The notes beneath the pieces were generated by a model. That model had not been told where the DNA came from. It worked only from the letters and a program-made list of their open reading frames with translations, and did not search any database. The position numbers and the translations under genes are program-made. Below, one piece after another: positions 33,407 through 33,709 of a stretch of DNA of 33,709 nt. Location: contig CAYXTY010000003.1 in NCBI GenBank assembly GCA_964468505.1, positions 1-33,709 of the forward strand, in the 5' to 3' direction. This DNA comes from an uncultured Gammaproteobacteria bacterium (GTDB lineage Bacteria; Patescibacteriota; Microgenomatia; Levybacterales; UBA12049). Positions within the stretch are counted from its first letter, which is position 1. Each line of letters begins with the position of its first letter.

Positions 33407-33467
33407 CCAGCTTTTATTCTTCATATTGCTTGTTATATCCCGTAGTTAGTGATACTCTGTATACAGC

Positions 33468-33709
33468 TTGATTTCTTTAATAATTTTAATTGTCACTGGG
33501 GGAGTTTTCGCATACTTCGCTACTCAAAACACTCAACTCGTCTCCGTTAATATTTTCCACTACGTAATTCCAAGTATCCCTCTTTATGTCATTGTACTCG
33601 CAGCACTTTTAATAGGAATAGTAATTTCTTTAGTAATTAGTTTTTTTGGATTTATTTCAACAGCTCTAAAACTTTTCGGAAAAGATAACACTATTAAGCA
33701 AAGCTCTAA
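33468..33709 (+). CDS. LapA-domain (DUF1049)-like small membrane protein, 5' part; runs off the window
   Basis: Hand translation from TTG 33468: MISLIILIVTGGVFAYFATQNTQLVSVNIFHYVIPSIPLYVIVLAALLIGIVISLVISFFGF... It has the QN..V.V.F pattern and two helices. The start codon is uncertain. Confidence 0.45.
   Translation, partial: MISLIILIVTGGVFAYFATQNTQLVSVNIFHYVIPSIPLYVIVLAALLIGIVISLVISFFGFISTALKLFGKDNTIKQSS

Noticed and set aside
29107-33467. Reading the higher-GC block as a recently integrated mobile element or prophage remnant.
   Set aside because: There is no integrase, att-like direct repeats, tRNA target or phage structural genes. Its promoters and leaderless starts follow the same grammar as the core genes, which argues for long residence.
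1-33709. CRISPR arrays, tRNA or rRNA genes, IS elements, integrases, a prophage, DGR or retron components, and alternative genetic code.
   Set aside because: I saw no direct-repeat/spacer periodicity, no cloverleaf-like segments in the few short gaps (all 120 nt or less), and no transposase, recombinase or reverse-transcriptase motifs. TGA clearly terminates genes (six ATGA junctions with correct downstream starts), so a recoded UGA is unlikely.

Overview
AT-rich, very compact bacterial window. By my gene calls about 97% is coding. The code is standard, since TGA serves as stop in many ATGA stop/start overlaps. I recognised no rRNA, tRNA, CRISPR array, transposase or integrase. Content from left to right: (1) 177-11596 is a ten-gene de novo purine operon, purK-purE-(Nudix::purC)-purF-purN-purD-(purS-purS::purL)-purQ-orf102-purM, with two unusual fusions and one orphan gene. 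(2) 11597-13837 (-) is a GT2 polyprenyl-phosphate-sugar synthase fused to a GT-C (ArnT/PMT-like) transferase. (3) 13958-22854 holds envelope genes: two paralogous membrane-anchored alpha/beta (S9-like) hydrolases, a MacA/MacB-type ABC trio, DUF167, an MFS transporter, a YtxH-like protein, a C39-like peptidase with TPR repeats, and an L,D-transpeptidase. (4) 22926-25826 is a three-gene flavinylation module: an FMN-binding-domain protein, an ApbE without signal peptide, and an RnfD-like membrane domain fused to an FNR-type reductase. (5) 25896-29106 holds a WbqC-like gene, a GH18 hydrolase and a processive GT2 synthase. (6) 29107-33467 is a compositionally distinct block, richer in GC and in Arg/Pro/Gly, with seven mostly unrecognisable genes; six of them have their own promoter-like element (near-consensus in four). 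Across the window, -10 boxes sit 6-8 nt from the ATG of 13 operon-first genes, which reads as a leaderless-mRNA grammar. Shine-Dalgarno sites are almost absent; the two clear exceptions share an identical GGAGGTGAA. The overall style fits a small-genome uncultivated bacterium such as Patescibacteria/CPR, but no taxonomic marker is in the window, so that placement is inference only. The best candidates for something undescribed are the 29.1-33.5 kb ORFan block, the flavin module, and orf102 plus Nudix::PurC inside the purine operon.
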